The position numbers and the translations under genes are program-made. A stretch of DNA of 64,000 nt, taken from the NCBI GenBank assembly GCA_951406725.2, contig OX597824.1:18042001-18106000 (forward strand), read 5' to 3'. Each line of letters begins with the position of its first letter. Within the stretch, counting starts at the first letter, position 1. Of the stretch, positions 14,810-28,997 are shown piece after piece. The notes beneath the pieces are model-generated. The model saw only the letters and a list, made by a program, of their open reading frames with translations, was not told the DNA's origin and did no database searches. The stretch is from Octopus vulgaris (Eukaryota).

Positions 14810-15469
14810 ATATATGTATATATATACGTATATTCGCTTATTTCATTCGTGCATATTTGCATAGAGAAAGGTAGATATATATTTATACATTGAAAAAAAA
14901 AAGACTCGGTGGTTATTTGTGCATGCAAGAATATAGTGTATACACCACTTACACTCAGTCTGTAAAGGGATCCTTGTAATAGAAATATAATCACATCCAC
15001 ACAAGCATCAATGAAAAAATATATTTGGGAATATGGTAAGAAATATCTTACGAACAAAGCTGCAATTTTTGTAGGTCCGGGTGTAAAGGAAGACCTTTCT
15101 TTCATTATAGCCGGTTTACGATACAATATTCGGATATGTAACTGTTCATCGATTTTAGAAGCCTTGTCAACTTTCTACAGTTCTCAAAGTCTATAATGAA
15201 AACCAAAATCCACCCAGCGTGTATTGTTTCTTTGATCACCTCCTCGAAATTAAATACATGGAATTACTATATTAGGAGCATACTTCTATGAAATCACTTT
15301 ATCTGATGTTGGTTTACTTGCAGTAAAGTACATATTCGTTTTTGATGACAAAAACCGAACGCATATGTATGGTTCTAAGAAAAAAGTGAACACTAAATTA
15401 ATATATAGCTTTTTGGTGGACAGCTTAGGTTAAAAGTATAAAACATATGCCAACGGTATGAAGGATAAA

Positions 15470-16250
15470 AGGGCAGCGAGCTGGCAGAAACGTTAGCAGG
15501 CCGGGCGATATGCTTAGCAGTATTTCATCTGCCGCTACGTTCTGACTTCAAATTCCGCCGAGGTCGACTTTGCCATTCATCGATTCGGGGTCGATTAAAT
15601 AAGTTCCAGTTACGCACTGATCGACTTAATCCGTTTGTCTGTCTTTCCTTGTCCTCTCTGTGTTTATCCCCTTGTGGGTAGTAAAGAAATAGGTATTTCG
15701 TCTGCCGCTACGTTCTGACTTCATATTCCGCCGAGGTCGACTTTGCCCTTCATCCTTTCGGGGTCGATTAAATACGTACCAGTTACGCACTGGGGTCGAT
15801 ATGATCGACTTAATCCGTTTGTCTGTCCTTGTTTGTCCTCTCTGTGTTTAGCCCCTTGTGGGTAGTAAAGAAATAGAAATAGGTATTTCGTCTGCTGCTA
15901 CGTTCTGACTTCAAATTACGCCGAGGTCGACTTTGCCATTCATCCTTTCGGGGTCGATTAAATACGTACCAGTTACGCACTGGGGTCAATATGATCGACT
16001 TAATCCGTTTGTCTGTCCTTGTTTGTCCTCTCAGTGTTTAGCCCCTTGTGGGTAGTAAAGAAATAGGTATTTCATCTGCCGCTACATTCTGACTTCAAAT
16101 TCCGCCGAGGTCGACTTTGCCATTCTTCGTTTCGGGGTCGATTAAATAAGTACCAGATACGCACTGGGGTCGATATAATCGACTTAGTCCGTTTGTCTGT
16201 CCTTGTTTGTCCCCTCTGTGTTTAGCCCCTTGTGGTTAGTAAAGAAAGAG
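15470..16250 (+). mobile_element. SINE family A tetramer within a 17-bp TSD
   Basis: One head plus four bodies (junctions near 15691, 15881, 16066). TSD ggtatgaaggataaaag at 15455-15471 and 16250-16266. Confidence 0.93.
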
Positions 16251-18118
16251 GTATGAAGGATAAAAGAGGATGATTTAGCTGCCCTTTTTTTAAAAGAGCT
16301 ATGCTATTGTGGATCGGTTAAGTTAAATATTCCTATCTGATCGTAAAATACGGAAAATAAACCACTAGCTAATTCTTGTAGCATCTCTGTCAATGACCTT
16401 ATCACCCCTCTAGTATCAGGGACCATTTGGGTGTGGCGGGGGTTGTATAATTGTAACGAAGTCAGTGTATTGTTGAAATATCACACTTCGTTAACAATAA
16501 TGATTCGAAGATATCTCTGTGGGTAAACCCATAACTCGTACGGATATAGATTACCCTGGTTGTCAGATTACATAATTTCCCACTGGACAGGACGCCGGGC
16601 TATTGCAGTGATAATGCAGTCTTCAGGAACCTATGAATACAATAAATGCAAAGACTGTTACGTCTTTGTTCATAATAACATTTGGGTTACTAGATCAAGC
16701 ACTTTATAAGGTCGAAGCCTTTACTATTTGAAACCCGACAACTAATATTCAGTACCGAAAATTTCTTCAACAATATTTTACGTATTTTCTCAATAAAAAG
16801 GGGGCTGCCTTTGAATGCATTTGAACGCTGCATCATATTTTAGAGCTTCTATTTATCTCCAACGATCGAAAAGCATCCACAGAAGAAATATGAAAGCATA
16901 AGACAGAAAAAAATCCTGAGAGTTGGTGAGGAGGTCATCTGAAAGTATTCCTTGAGTGATGATCGGAATATTTGTCGAGTGAAAATGTATAGCTATATTG
17001 CAACAGAATATCTGACGAAAGGGTATCTCACTCACTAAACATGTACAATTATATTAATCTGTTTTGGACACCCAAATCTTCTACATTACTTGTCATTTTG
17101 AAGTGCCTGCATATGTGATCCATTAACTTACTACATTCCAATACCGTTTGACATTCATATTAAAGCAATATATAATATCTTTACGAAAGATTGCTTTGAG
17201 TTAAATATAGAAAACAGCTCTGCTGTTAAATACATAAATAATGCATTATAAGCTAAAATTATATTAGTGGAATATTCCAATTAAAACTTTGGCAAGAATA
17301 AAGTCAACAGCCCTGATATAGTTGTTCGGGCAGAAAACAAGTATATTCATACATTTTCTTTAGCGTATCGTAGCTAAGTGAAATAATAAAAAAAACGATA
17401 ACAAACCAAAATTGAAAACCAACTGGTCAACAACTAAGATTAATCGAAGAGAAGAATATATTAAATAAATAAACAAAGAATGTAATAGACAAGATAATAG
17501 ATCTTTGTGTCTCCAGAGACATACGTCTAATAAATAGTGTCCACTCCTCAAAATGGCTGACCACACGGTTCCTTACCTGGCATGTAATTTGATAATGCTA
17601 TGAATTATCTTGAGGTACTTGTCAGGAGTTTTTCCCACCAAGAATTGATTTACTCGCGTAATGCTAGCAAAGATATATACCAAGATCTCCCATTCTTATG
17701 CACACTCAGCCACAGACACATTAAACTAACTTCTTTGCTAAGATATGTTTTTTATGAAGTATCATTTAAGAAATTAAGACAATAATCAAAATTATATAGA
17801 ATATTCTCTCTCTCTCTCCTCTGTCTCTCCTCTCTTTCTCTCTCCTCTTTTTCTCTCTCTCTCCTTTCTTTTCTTTTGTCTCCTCTCTCTTTCCTCTCCT
17901 CCTCGCTTTCCTCGCTTTCTATCTCTCCTCTCACTCTCTGTATATATATATAGATATTTAGAAATGTATATATATAGATATTTAGAATTGTATATATATA
18001 TATACGTTTTATATATATTTTTTATATATGTATATACACATACAAATGTATATATATATATATTTCCATATATATAATTATATATACATGTTTATATGTA
18101 TATTCATATATATATGTA

Positions 18119-18172
<54 letters not shown>

Positions 18173-19549
18173 GACAGAGAGCGAGAGGGGGAGGGGAAAA
18201 TTACGTAATCATCTTCAGTAGGTTACAGCAGTTTCTGCTATAAGATACAGTGCACTCAGAGCTGAGTCCTTGTGCATCTCCTTACACCACCCTCGGTGCC
18301 TACACACAAGCACACACACACACACACACACATACGTGGTCATTATCTCGTTCTAGGTACCAATTTTACCCCCCTCTGATAAATCATTGAACATAGTCAT
18401 AAAACAACCAGCCCCCGGAGAAGTTTGAACCCAAGCATTTTGGAGAAGAAACACAAAGTATTTATTCCAGTGTAAAATTATTTCTGCCAACTTTCTACCC
18501 TTGTGAACATATTATGGTTGGAAAAAGAGAAGTTGAACAAAGAAAATAAAAACGATTCATCATAGGTACCGAATCGGAAACTGATTGAATCCACATCTTA
18601 TCAAGCGAGGCAATAATTGAAAATTATGTCTATCGATAATCTTCTAATTCCATTGTAACAAATACATTTTCAGAGATATCAAAAGAGAAACTTTGATTTT
18701 ACGTTTACCATCTAAGGTGGTTTCAGTGAGAGCAATAATGGTATTTTCTGAAAATATGGAAGTAAAATAAAAGAATTTGTAATCACAGTACAACTATTCT
18801 CTTTTTCAAACAAATATTTGTAATTAGAATTGTTGATAAGAACTTTTAAAAAGTTTTTTTTTCTAAATTAATCATTCCTAATGTTCTCAAATTTCATTTT
18901 TATTTGTACTTCTTTTTGTTATTTTTTTTTAACAAAACATTCGCTACATTGTAGCAATTGTTATCTTTAAAGGTAATTCCTACATTTAAAAAGTCAACAA
19001 AATAAAAAAAAAAACGAAATAAAATCTATAACTTCTTTTCATGGCACCAGACTGTGTGAAAATTAAGATAAAAATAATGTGAAAGCAGAATAAAAAAAAA
19101 ATTGTTTTTTTTTTCATATTTTAAATGAAATTTGAATGGGAAGAAAAATATGAAAGCAGAAATGACAAATAAAAAAAAATTGAAAGGTGAGAACTCTGAA
19201 AGAGTAGAGGTGTAATGTAAATTTTCGTACCTCAATGACTTTTCAAATGTGACAATTTTATACACAAGTATAGCGAGTTCAAATTCCCTAGCAATTTATT
19301 ATGTATTAATGCAGTCATTGTGACAGAATAATCTATCGGAAATGCGAAACAAATGTTCAGATTTCTACATCCAACCATAGTTTCATCCTTGTATCTATGA
19401 CTTTTAATGTGGAACTTTATGTCTCAATGACTAACGAATGCAGCAGCATTCATCTGCTGACCTATCTATCTATCTGTCTGTCTGTCTTTCTTTCCTTCTA
19501 TTTATGTGTATATGAATATATATGTATACCTGTATCTATATATATATAT

Positions 19550-19755
19550 TCAAAATGTGACCGCGTGTGTACCATTGGCGATTTTTTTCCCTCTGTCTTC
19601 CCTTCTCTGGATCTTTCCTTCTCCTATGTTTCCGACGAAGAGCTCCGCTCAAAACGTTAAACGCTCCTTCTTTCCTTCTTCCCTGGGCATCCAATAATAC
19701 TATATTTGTTCCACGTCCTCGCGTTGTTGTGTTTTTTGTGCTTTCTTGTTTGGAT
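19550..19755 (+). mobile_element. Short non-autonomous repeat (family H2) with a degenerate hammerhead-like motif
   Basis: ccgacgaagagctccgctcaaaacgttaa (GAGC/GCTC stem between hammerhead-core-like segments), flanked by TA tracts. The architecture parallels H1. Confidence 0.5.
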
Positions 19756-19829
19756 TATATATATATATACGTATAAATAATATATATGTATATATGTATA
19801 TATGTATATATATATATATATATATAAGT

Positions 19830-19989
19830 GTTTGTCTGTGTGTGTTTTTATTTCTGTGTTCCTTTCTGTTGCAGAACGTAGGATCGGAACGTAAAAGACT
19901 TTCTCACTTCCCGAGCGTTAAACTAATACATCTGTTGGTTGTTTACACACCCATCTTCGTCTTTTGTATTTGTCTTTTTGTAAATTCCA

Positions 19990-19992
<3 letters not shown>
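19830..19992 (+). mobile_element. Family H1 repeat
   Basis: ctgttgcagaacgtaggatcggaacgtaaaagac...ctaatacatctg, homologous to 10262-10445 and 38617-38820. Confidence 0.65.
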
Positions 19993-20026
<34 letters not shown>

Positions 20027-20440
20027 TGATACATATATATATGTATACACATACACACACACACACACTGTCCTCTTTATAAGATATACCAATTGTATAA
20101 GTTTCAAGCTCATACATATCACCAAGTATCTATAAAATTTAGAACATGAGCCAAATTATGCACTGAGTCACATAAAACATATTTTTTTCTGTCACTCGTC
20201 TCATCGCTTTCCTCCAGCTGTTTTTTTTTTCCTGGAGAATACTTACGTTTTTTTATCTTTGTAGCTAACTTTTCGTCTTCTTTCTATGCTTAAGAAATTC
20301 TGTTCAATGTTTTCAAAACGTGTGAGAGAACACACAGATTTTTGTGCCCTAAGCAATCACCTAGTTTGCTTAGATACACAGTGCAATCCTTGATCGTTTT
20401 CCATGACACCACCTGTACAATAGAATACAAGATAATAAAA

Positions 20441-20518
<78 letters not shown>

Positions 20519-21077
20519 TACATACATATATATATATATACATGCACATATATTTATATATATGTATGTATATGTATGTATGCATGTATGTATGGATGTA
20601 TATATATATATATATATCCCTTTCTGACGTTTCTTTACACGTTGAAGTAAAATACACTAACAAAAGAAAATGAAGTGTATGACACCATATGTATGGAGTT
20701 TAGTAAATGAATAATGATGATAGCCATTAACTTATCAGCTGCCTTTCTACGTCAATTGTCACTACAACTACACGAAATTTAATTAGATTCAATTTGTCGC
20801 GGTGAAAACAACAAATTGATGAATCTCTAGATAGATGAGTTCACCACTTGAGTTGTGATTCTCAAATGAAGTATATTCAGTCACGTGACGTGTTGGAGAA
20901 ATTGAAGCTTCGATGCCACGGACCCACTGAATGGAAATAATGGAAGTTATACTTAATGCCAATGCTTGGTGGTTTGTGAAGGATATAAACTTAAAAAATT
21001 ATAAAATTGAGTTCAATTTCGCCTTGCTTGGTGTATGAATTCCAGTTTTCTATATTTCAAATTTACTTTTAATAAAC

Positions 21078-21305
21078 TATATTTCTTTACTGCCAACAAG
21101 GGACTAAACATAGAGGGAACAAACAAGGACAGACAAAGGGATTAATTCGATTACATCGACCCCAGTGCGAAACTGGTACTTTATTTATCGACCCCCGAAA
21201 GGATGAAAAGCAAAGTCTACCTCGGCGGAATTTGAACTCAGAACGTAATGACAAATGAAATACGGCTACGCATTTTGCCCGGCGTGCTAACGTTTCTGCC
21301 AGCTA
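21078..21305 (-). mobile_element. SINE family A
   Basis: Reverse complement of the full monomer from the tail (aaagaaatatag) to the head (agctggcagaaacgttagcac). Confidence 0.9.
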
Positions 21306-21904
21306 AGTAAATTCATATGCGCATACGTGTAGGTGTGTTTATGTGTATGTGTATGTTTGTGTGTGTGTGTGTGTGTGTGTTTGTGTGTGTGCGTTCTTGG
21401 ATGTGAGGTTGTTTATGCATTGCTCAAAGCCATATGAATTTTCTACATTTGTACGTATAACATTTATGTCTGGTTAGAGTCAAACTACAAGGCTAACCCA
21501 ATGACGCTCATTGTGGCAGAAACATGTACTCACTGCTCTTCTACTGCATCCAGAAAAATGCTATCTTTTTTTAACGGCATGTTACTATTACAAAGTTGAC
21601 TTATTTTACCTTCATACCATCTGATTTAGCATATTTGTGTTACTCCTATGTACTTCTTTACAGCTAACGAAGCGATTCCTCTTCAGTAGATCAACAATTC
21701 AAATGGTGCAGAGTTTAGTATATCTTTCTCCATTTTGGCTGCACTTATTCAGGTCAAAGACCAATCTCAGCTAGTTGTCATAGATCAATTTTTTAAGACA
21801 CACACAAAGCCACCTACGTTTCAATTTAACGCCAACTCGTTTCCTCCAAATTGCCGATTACATCTAAGAATGGCAGGCACCATGACTTTGTAGAGCAGGT
21901 AAAT

Positions 21905-22399
21905 TAAGGCGGTTAGCTAGCAGAATCGCTAGCACGCCGGGCGAAATGCTCAGCGGTATTTCATCTGCGTTACATTGTGAGTTCAAATTCCGCCGAGGTC
22001 GACTTTGCCTTTCATCCTTTCGGGGGTCGATTAAATTAGTACCAGTTACGCACGGGGGTCGATATAATCGACTTAATCCGTTTGTCTGTCCTTGTTTGTC
22101 CTTTCTATGTTTAGCCCCTTGTGGGTAGTAAAGAAATAGGCATTTCCTCTGCCGTTACGTTCTGAGTTCAAATTCCGCCGAGGGCAACTTTGCCTTTCAT
22201 CCTTTCGGGTTCGATTAAATAAGTACCAGTTACGCACTGGGGTCGATGTAATCGACTTAATCCCCTTGTCTGTCCTTGTTTGTCCCCTCTATGTTTAGCC
22301 CCTTGTGGGCAATAAAGAAATATATAGTCGACTTAATCCGTTTGTCTGTCCTTGTTTGTCCTCTCTGTGTTTAGCCCCTTGTGGGTAGTAAAGAAACAG
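21905..22399 (+). mobile_element. SINE family A trimer within a 12-bp TSD
   Basis: Full unit plus two progressively 5'-truncated units. TSD caggtaaattaa at 21896-21907 and 22397-22408. Confidence 0.92.
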
Positions 22400-23110
22400 G
22401 TAAATTAAAAGCGTTCATTAGATGTGTTACAAAAGCCTAGAATTCATATTTTTGCCTAGTATGTGACCGCGTCCGGTTTCTCTGTTTTATCAAGTCGTGG
22501 GATACCATCAGAGTTGTTGACATGCTTCGAAGCATTCGACACTGCGCAGACAACGAAATGCAGATATTTAGGCTTTACATCAGCCACATATATCTCACAA
22601 GGTTCTATACTCTCTCCTCAATCCTATAAAACACTAAAAACAGAGAAATGACAGTGTTTTATGTAGCTCAATACGTTACGAATGTGTGACAATTTAAATT
22701 ATACTTAGTTTAAAAGGCATGGCGAGGTTTTATATAAAACAGAGGAAAAGATAAAAAGGAAGAATGATAAGGGGCGAAAGAGGGAAAGAAATAAAGAGGG
22801 GGAAACTAGAAAGAGAGAGAAAGAAGAGAGAGAGAGGCGAAAAGCAGATGAAATATTGAAGGACGGAGAATTCTTTGTGTTGTAAACTAAGATATTAAAA
22901 GGGGGAAAAAAAAAATCCAGCAGCTATCAATAAGCTATGATATCAATATGCTAATAAAGAGATGATCATTGAATGAGTGATAAACAAATACAGCGACTCT
23001 TTTGAATTTTCACTGCAATGTACGTAGAATCCATATTAACCTTCTACATGAAACGAACGAAGGAATATAACGCTGCTACACAACATCATAAAAGTTTAGT
23101 ATTCTGAATT

Positions 23111-23154
<44 letters not shown>

Positions 23155-23437
23155 CTCTAAGGCATAGTTCTAACGTAACTGAAATAAATATTTTACCCGA
23201 TACCTGAGCAACAAAATTTCGCTCTCTTGTTCTACGTATGTTCTTTTATCTGCCATCCATATGAAACAGCTATAAAATTCTTTACGCTGTACTTCATATG
23301 CTAATGTTGATTTTATTATTAGTGTCGTTTGTGTCGTTGTTGTTCTTGTTGCTGGTAACGCCGAATGTTGTTGTCGTCGTGGGTTTTGATGATAATGATG
23401 ATAATAATGCGGTAGTTGTCAGTGGTGATGGCATGTC

Positions 23438-23493
<56 letters not shown>

Positions 23494-23521
23494 CTATTTA
23501 GACACATATATACGTATATAA

Positions 23522-23564
<43 letters not shown>

Positions 23565-23632
23565 TACATAAATATATACATACATACACATACATATACA
23601 TATGCACATATCTATCTATCTATCTATCTATC

Positions 23633-23698
<66 letters not shown>

Positions 23699-23774
23699 TA
23701 TATGCACATATATATACATGTATATGTTCATGTGTATATATCTATATCTATATCTATCTATCTATCTATCTATC

Positions 23775-23806
<32 letters not shown>

Positions 23807-24691
23807 TATATACACATATATATATACATATATATATGTTCATGTGTATATATCTATATCTATCTATCTATCTATATCTATCTATCTATCTATATATATA
23901 TATTTATGTTCATGCAAACACACACACAAACACATATATGTATATAGTAGCTTATATATCAATTTTGTTTCGATTATTCGTGTTGTTCATGTTCTCGTTT
24001 CGTGTTTATTGTTGTTGGTTTACGTCAAAAGAGATTTGTTTCAATGTTTTGCCAAACCCTTAAAAACCGGTTTACACGCCAAGATGTTACTGTACAAAAC
24101 CATCATCTCGTTTATATATCCTATCTGATGATACACGCTTATCATTCCGTATATTAATATACACACACACACTCACACACAAATACACAATCCCACACAC
24201 AATGTCACAAATCACACACACAGATACGAATGTATAAATATTTTTAAATACATATATATATTTAGATATTATATACCTGTACGTATGTGTGAGTGAGTGC
24301 GTGTATGCCTGTACACGCGCTTGTGTCTGTTTGTATGCATGTATGTATGTATGTATGCTTCAAATGTTTATCAGAAATATTTATGTATACACACATATAT
24401 ATGTGTGTGGGGGTGTCTGTGTGTATGTGTGCGTTAATAGCGAGAAAGAAAAGGGGTATTGACTCATGCACACACACATACATACATACATACATACATA
24501 CATACATACATGCTCAGAAGACACAAAGACAAACATATGCAACTGAACGCTAGCGCACGCACACCCATAAACACACACACACACATACACACATAAGGAC
24601 AGACACATGTCACACACAGGTCTGAATTTATGAAATGTGCTCAATGAATGCTGTAGACTTTATCCATTTATATGAAGCTTCGAATAACTCA

Positions 24692-24755
<64 letters not shown>

Positions 24756-25022
24756 GTATATATATATACATATGTATATATATATATATACATATGTATA
24801 TATATATACATATATATACATATATATATATACAAATGTATATATATATATGTATATATTATATATATATGTATATATATATGCATATATATATATATGT
24901 ATATATATACATATACATATATATATATATATATATATACATATGTATATATATATATATATATATGTATATACGTATACATATACATATATACATATAT
25001 ACATACGTATATATACATATGC

Positions 25023-25068
<46 letters not shown>

Positions 25069-25108
25069 GCGTAAATCTATATATGTATACATAGTTTGAA
25101 TAACTTCC

Positions 25109-25146
<38 letters not shown>

Positions 25147-25717
25147 TTACACAGGTACGTTTGTGTGTGTTTGTCAATGTATGTGTATGTGTGCGTCGTC
25201 GATTTATAATCACAAACGTGTGGGGTGTATCATTGTTCATGCGTATTAGCATTCGAATGTTCTTTGCCATTCAGTTCAGTAGGCATTCAATTCTTAAACT
25301 CCCACCGCAACCAAAAAAAAAACAAACCCCCAACAGCACCTCCAGCACCGATAACAGTTTCTACACAGTTAACACAGCACATTGCAGAGCCATGATGCAT
25401 CTCACTAAAACGCCAGGGATCAACCGTATTCAACTTAATTCCCAGGCTCACATTTATTTTAGAAATCGAAAACCTGATGTTTCATATTTTAGGATTATCC
25501 TCTTTACTGCTAGGGAAACCTCAGACAATGGCTGTTTGAAATATCTCTCTATCTACTTAACAATATATCGATATGTTTAAAGATGTTTCTTGCTCTGTCT
25601 CTATCCATTCATTCTCTCCCACACCGTTTCTCTCACATACATACACACACATGTATATACGTACAGCTATATATATATATATACAAGAATGTACGCACAC
25701 ACATACGCACATATATA

Positions 25718-26290
25718 GGTGTAGGCGTGGTCGTGTGGTAACAACCTTGCTTCCCAACCACATGGATCCGGGGTCAGTGTCACTGTGTGGTGCCTCGGGC
25801 AGCTCTCTCAGTATCGCCTCAGGCCGACGAAGCCGCCTTGCGTGTGGATTCGGTTGACGGAAACTGGAAGAATTAAGGCGACGAGCTGGCAGAAACGTTA
25901 GCACGCCGCGCGAAATGCGTACCCGTATTTCGTCTGCCGTTACGTTCTGAGTTCACATTCCCCCGAGGTTGAATTTGCCTTTCATCCTTTCAGGATCGAT
26001 AAATTAAGTACCAGTTATGCACTGGGGTCGATGTAATCGACTTAATCTGTTTGTCTGTCCTTGTTTGTCCCCTCTGTGTTTAGCCCCTTGTGGGTACTAA
26101 AGAAATAGGTATTTCGTCTGCCGGTACGTTCTGAGTTCAAATTCCGCCGAAGTCAACTTTGCCTTTCATCCTTTCGGGGTCGATTAAATAAGTACCAGTT
26201 ACGCACTGGGATCGATTCTTTCGACTAAAAGCCCTCAAGGTGGTGCTCCAACATGGCCACCGTCAAATGCCTAAATCAAGTAAAAAAAAA
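25718..26290 (+). mobile_element. Composite SINE: family B head, family A dimer, family B tail
   Basis: B head (ggcgtggtcgtgtggtaa...ggaaactggaagaa, to about 25874), A units 25875-26210, then the B tail (ttcgactaaaa...ggtgctccaacatggcc...tcaagtaaaa). Confidence 0.8.
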
Positions 26291-26311
26291 ATATGGATAG
26301 ATAGATACATT

Positions 26312-26401
<90 letters not shown>

Positions 26402-26852
26402 TATGCAGAGCTACGCACATATATACGTGTGGATATCCGTCGTTCTGCTATGAGGATTCACTTTGTCTATTGACGTACCTGTCTCTGAATTCAATGAACG
26501 CATACACCTTACCGTAATTATTAAGCAGAATCAGCGTGACTGTGTGTGATTTGTTTGTTAAAATGCAGTCTCCAGCCCCAGAGTGATCCTGAAATGTATC
26601 GGTATTCTAGATTGCCCTCACTATATATAGTCCGAATCAAAGGCGGGAATAGGCCATTGGTCGAATATGCCGCGAAAGGTCGAATCGAACCCGGTGTCCG
26701 GTTGTTGCTAAGCTATGTTTTACTATATAAGATACACATACCACACTCACAGCAGATATACAGATTGACGCCTTGGTGCATCAAGAACATAAGCATATAT
26801 ATGTTAGCTTATGCACAAACACTGCTGGTCGCTGATACTGCTAAAGATATAT

Positions 26853-26940
26853 ATACTAGCTGACGTACCCGGTAATTCCCGGGTAAGCGGGGCTTATCCT
26901 TTGGTTCCGTTCTCAGAATTGTTTCGCTAATCCACACACA
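26853..26940 (+). mobile_element. Possible Helitron/Helentron-like non-autonomous terminus
   Basis: atactagctgacgtacccggtaattcccgggta: TACTAG followed by a tacccgg/ccgggta hairpin, resembling DINE-1/HINE-type ends. Confidence 0.3.
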
Positions 26941-26944
26941 CATA

Positions 26945-27196
26945 TATATGTATATGTTTGTTAGTGTCTGTTTGCCACCACCACCACCACCACCACCACC
27001 ATCGATTGACAACCGATGTTGGTGTGTTTACGTCCCCGTAACATTAGCAGTTCAGGAACAAGAAGAAACCGATAGAATGAGTACTAGGTCTACGAAAGAA
27101 TACGCCCCGGGATGGGGGGGGGGGTCGATTCGTTCGACTAAAAGCCGTGCTCCAGCATGGCCGCAGTCTAATGACTGAAAGAAACAAGAGAATAAA
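26945..27196 (+). mobile_element. SINE family B, 3' portion
   Basis: tgacaaccgatgttggtgtgtttacgtccccgtaac...gtgctccagcatggccgcagtc matches the B tail at 28860-28990. Confidence 0.8.
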
Positions 27197-27924
27197 TAAC
27201 CTCGTATCAATCCCGGCTAAATATAACTGTATAATTGCCTACGTGGTCAGTGGACATTTTTTCCTCGATATCATTAAGTGGTTTTTGTATTATACTCAGC
27301 ACGTTCATTGTTTCAAGCTTCTAGTCCGTTATTTCAGCTCTTACTTTCAGATACGCCATTTTACTTTTTTTTTTTTCTTCTTTAAATATATATTATTTCT
27401 TTGTTGCTAGTTCTCTGGTCTCATCATTACCAATCCAATTTTTGTATTGTTTTTAAACTACGTGAAGACATAACTTATGGCAGCGTACAATCTTTACGTT
27501 TCGGTTTCGAGAAGAACTTTAAGTGGTTGCCTTCATATTTGTAGACACCACTTATTTCTTTCCTTTTCACCATCTACCATTTGTACAGTCACATGACTTT
27601 ACAAGCTCCACATAAACACACTTTATCAGTCTCTATCGCCATCCTATTCTTTATCATATTTTTAATTGTTTGTTTGTTTGTACGTATATAAGTCGCTCAT
27701 TTTTCTTTCGTTGTCGTTGTTGTCGTTCCTGCTTTTGTTGCTGATATCGTTGATGTTGTTGTTCATGTTGTTGTTGTTGTTTATCTCCTCGTTGCTTGTT
27801 TCGTGGAACTCATGTGGAGAGATTTTCAGGTCAATTATTCTTTGAATTTCTTTCCACTGGAATATAATCACCAGGACGCAAACAAAAGACGACCAGCTTT
27901 CGAGTAAGAAACGATATTACTTCT

Positions 27925-27990
27925 TGTTGTTGATGATGATGGTGATTATGGTAATGATGATGATGATGGTGGTGGTGGTGGTGGTGGTGG

Positions 27991-28025
<35 letters not shown>

Positions 28026-28327
28026 GTAGTGTTGATGTTGATGATGATAATCATGATCATGATCATAATTGTGACTATAGTAATGATGGTAGTGGTGGTG
28101 GTGGTGGTGGTGGTGGTGGTGGTGGTGGTGGCGTCGGTGATGGTAGTTCGCTGATGACGATGATGATCATGATGATGACGATGATGATGATGATGGTGCT
28201 GGTGATGGTGATGATGATGATCATGATGATAATGACGATGATCATGATGATGATGATCATGATGATGATGAGGAGGATGATGATAACGATAATGATAATG
28301 ATGATGATGATGATAACAATGACGATG
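27925..28327. repeat. (GAT)n/(GGT)n compound microsatellite
   Basis: Directly visible. Confidence 0.95.
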
Positions 28328-28367
28328 TGAAAGTCAATGACCATTCTGTTGCTTTTCATCATTATTA

Positions 28368-28600
28368 GATAGCAAGCTGGCGGAATCGTTAACACGCCGG
28401 ACAGAATGCTTAGCGGCATGCCGTCCGTGTTTACGCTCTGAGTTCAAATTCCGGCGAGGTCGACTTTACCTTTCATCCTTTTCGTGGTGTGGAGGAGGAG
28501 GGTCGATAAAATAAGTACTAGATGGACACTGGGGTCGATGTAATCGTCTTACCCCCTCTCCTTCGAATTTGCTGGCCTTGTGCTAAAATTTGAAACCAAT
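28368..28600 (+). mobile_element. SINE family A variant with alternative tail (cccctctcc...ggccttgtgc)
   Basis: Diverged head and Deu/Nin-like core; the tail is shared with 35532-35745 and 61025-61245. Confidence 0.75.
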
Positions 28601-28634
28601 ATTATTACTATTAGGTAGTGAATTGACAGAATCA

Positions 28635-28997
28635 TAGGCGTAGACGTGGCCGTGTGGTAAGTAGCTTGCTTACGAACCACATGATTCCGGGTTCAGGCCC
28701 ACTGCATGGCACCTTGGGCAAGTGCCTTTTATTATAGCCTCGGGTCGACCAAAGCCTTGTGAGTAGATTTCGGAGAGGGAAACTGAAAGAAGCCTGTCGT
28801 ATATATGTATATATATATATGTATGTGTGTGTATATGTTTGTGTGACTATGTCTGCCTCCCCCCCACAACGTCGCTTGACAACTGGTGGTGGTGTGTTTA
28901 CGCCCCCGTAACTTAGTCGATTTGCTCGACTAAAGGTGGTGCTCCAGCATGGCCGCAGTCAAATGACTGAAACAACTAAAAGAGAGAGTAAAAGAGT
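28635..28997 (+). mobile_element. tRNA-derived SINE family B (CORE-like caccttgggcaagtg), internal TA/TG microsatellite
   Basis: Head aggcgtagacgtggccgtgtggtaag...ccgggttcaggccc; tail gtgctccagcatggccgcagtcaaatgactgaaaca. Confidence 0.88.

Noticed and set aside
15011-15196. 61-aa non-repetitive ORF
   Set aside because: No recognisable motif or splice context.
15470-16250. Regular tandem array superficially like a CRISPR array
   Set aside because: The units are whole SINE bodies with no unique spacers, there are no cas genes, and the context is eukaryotic.
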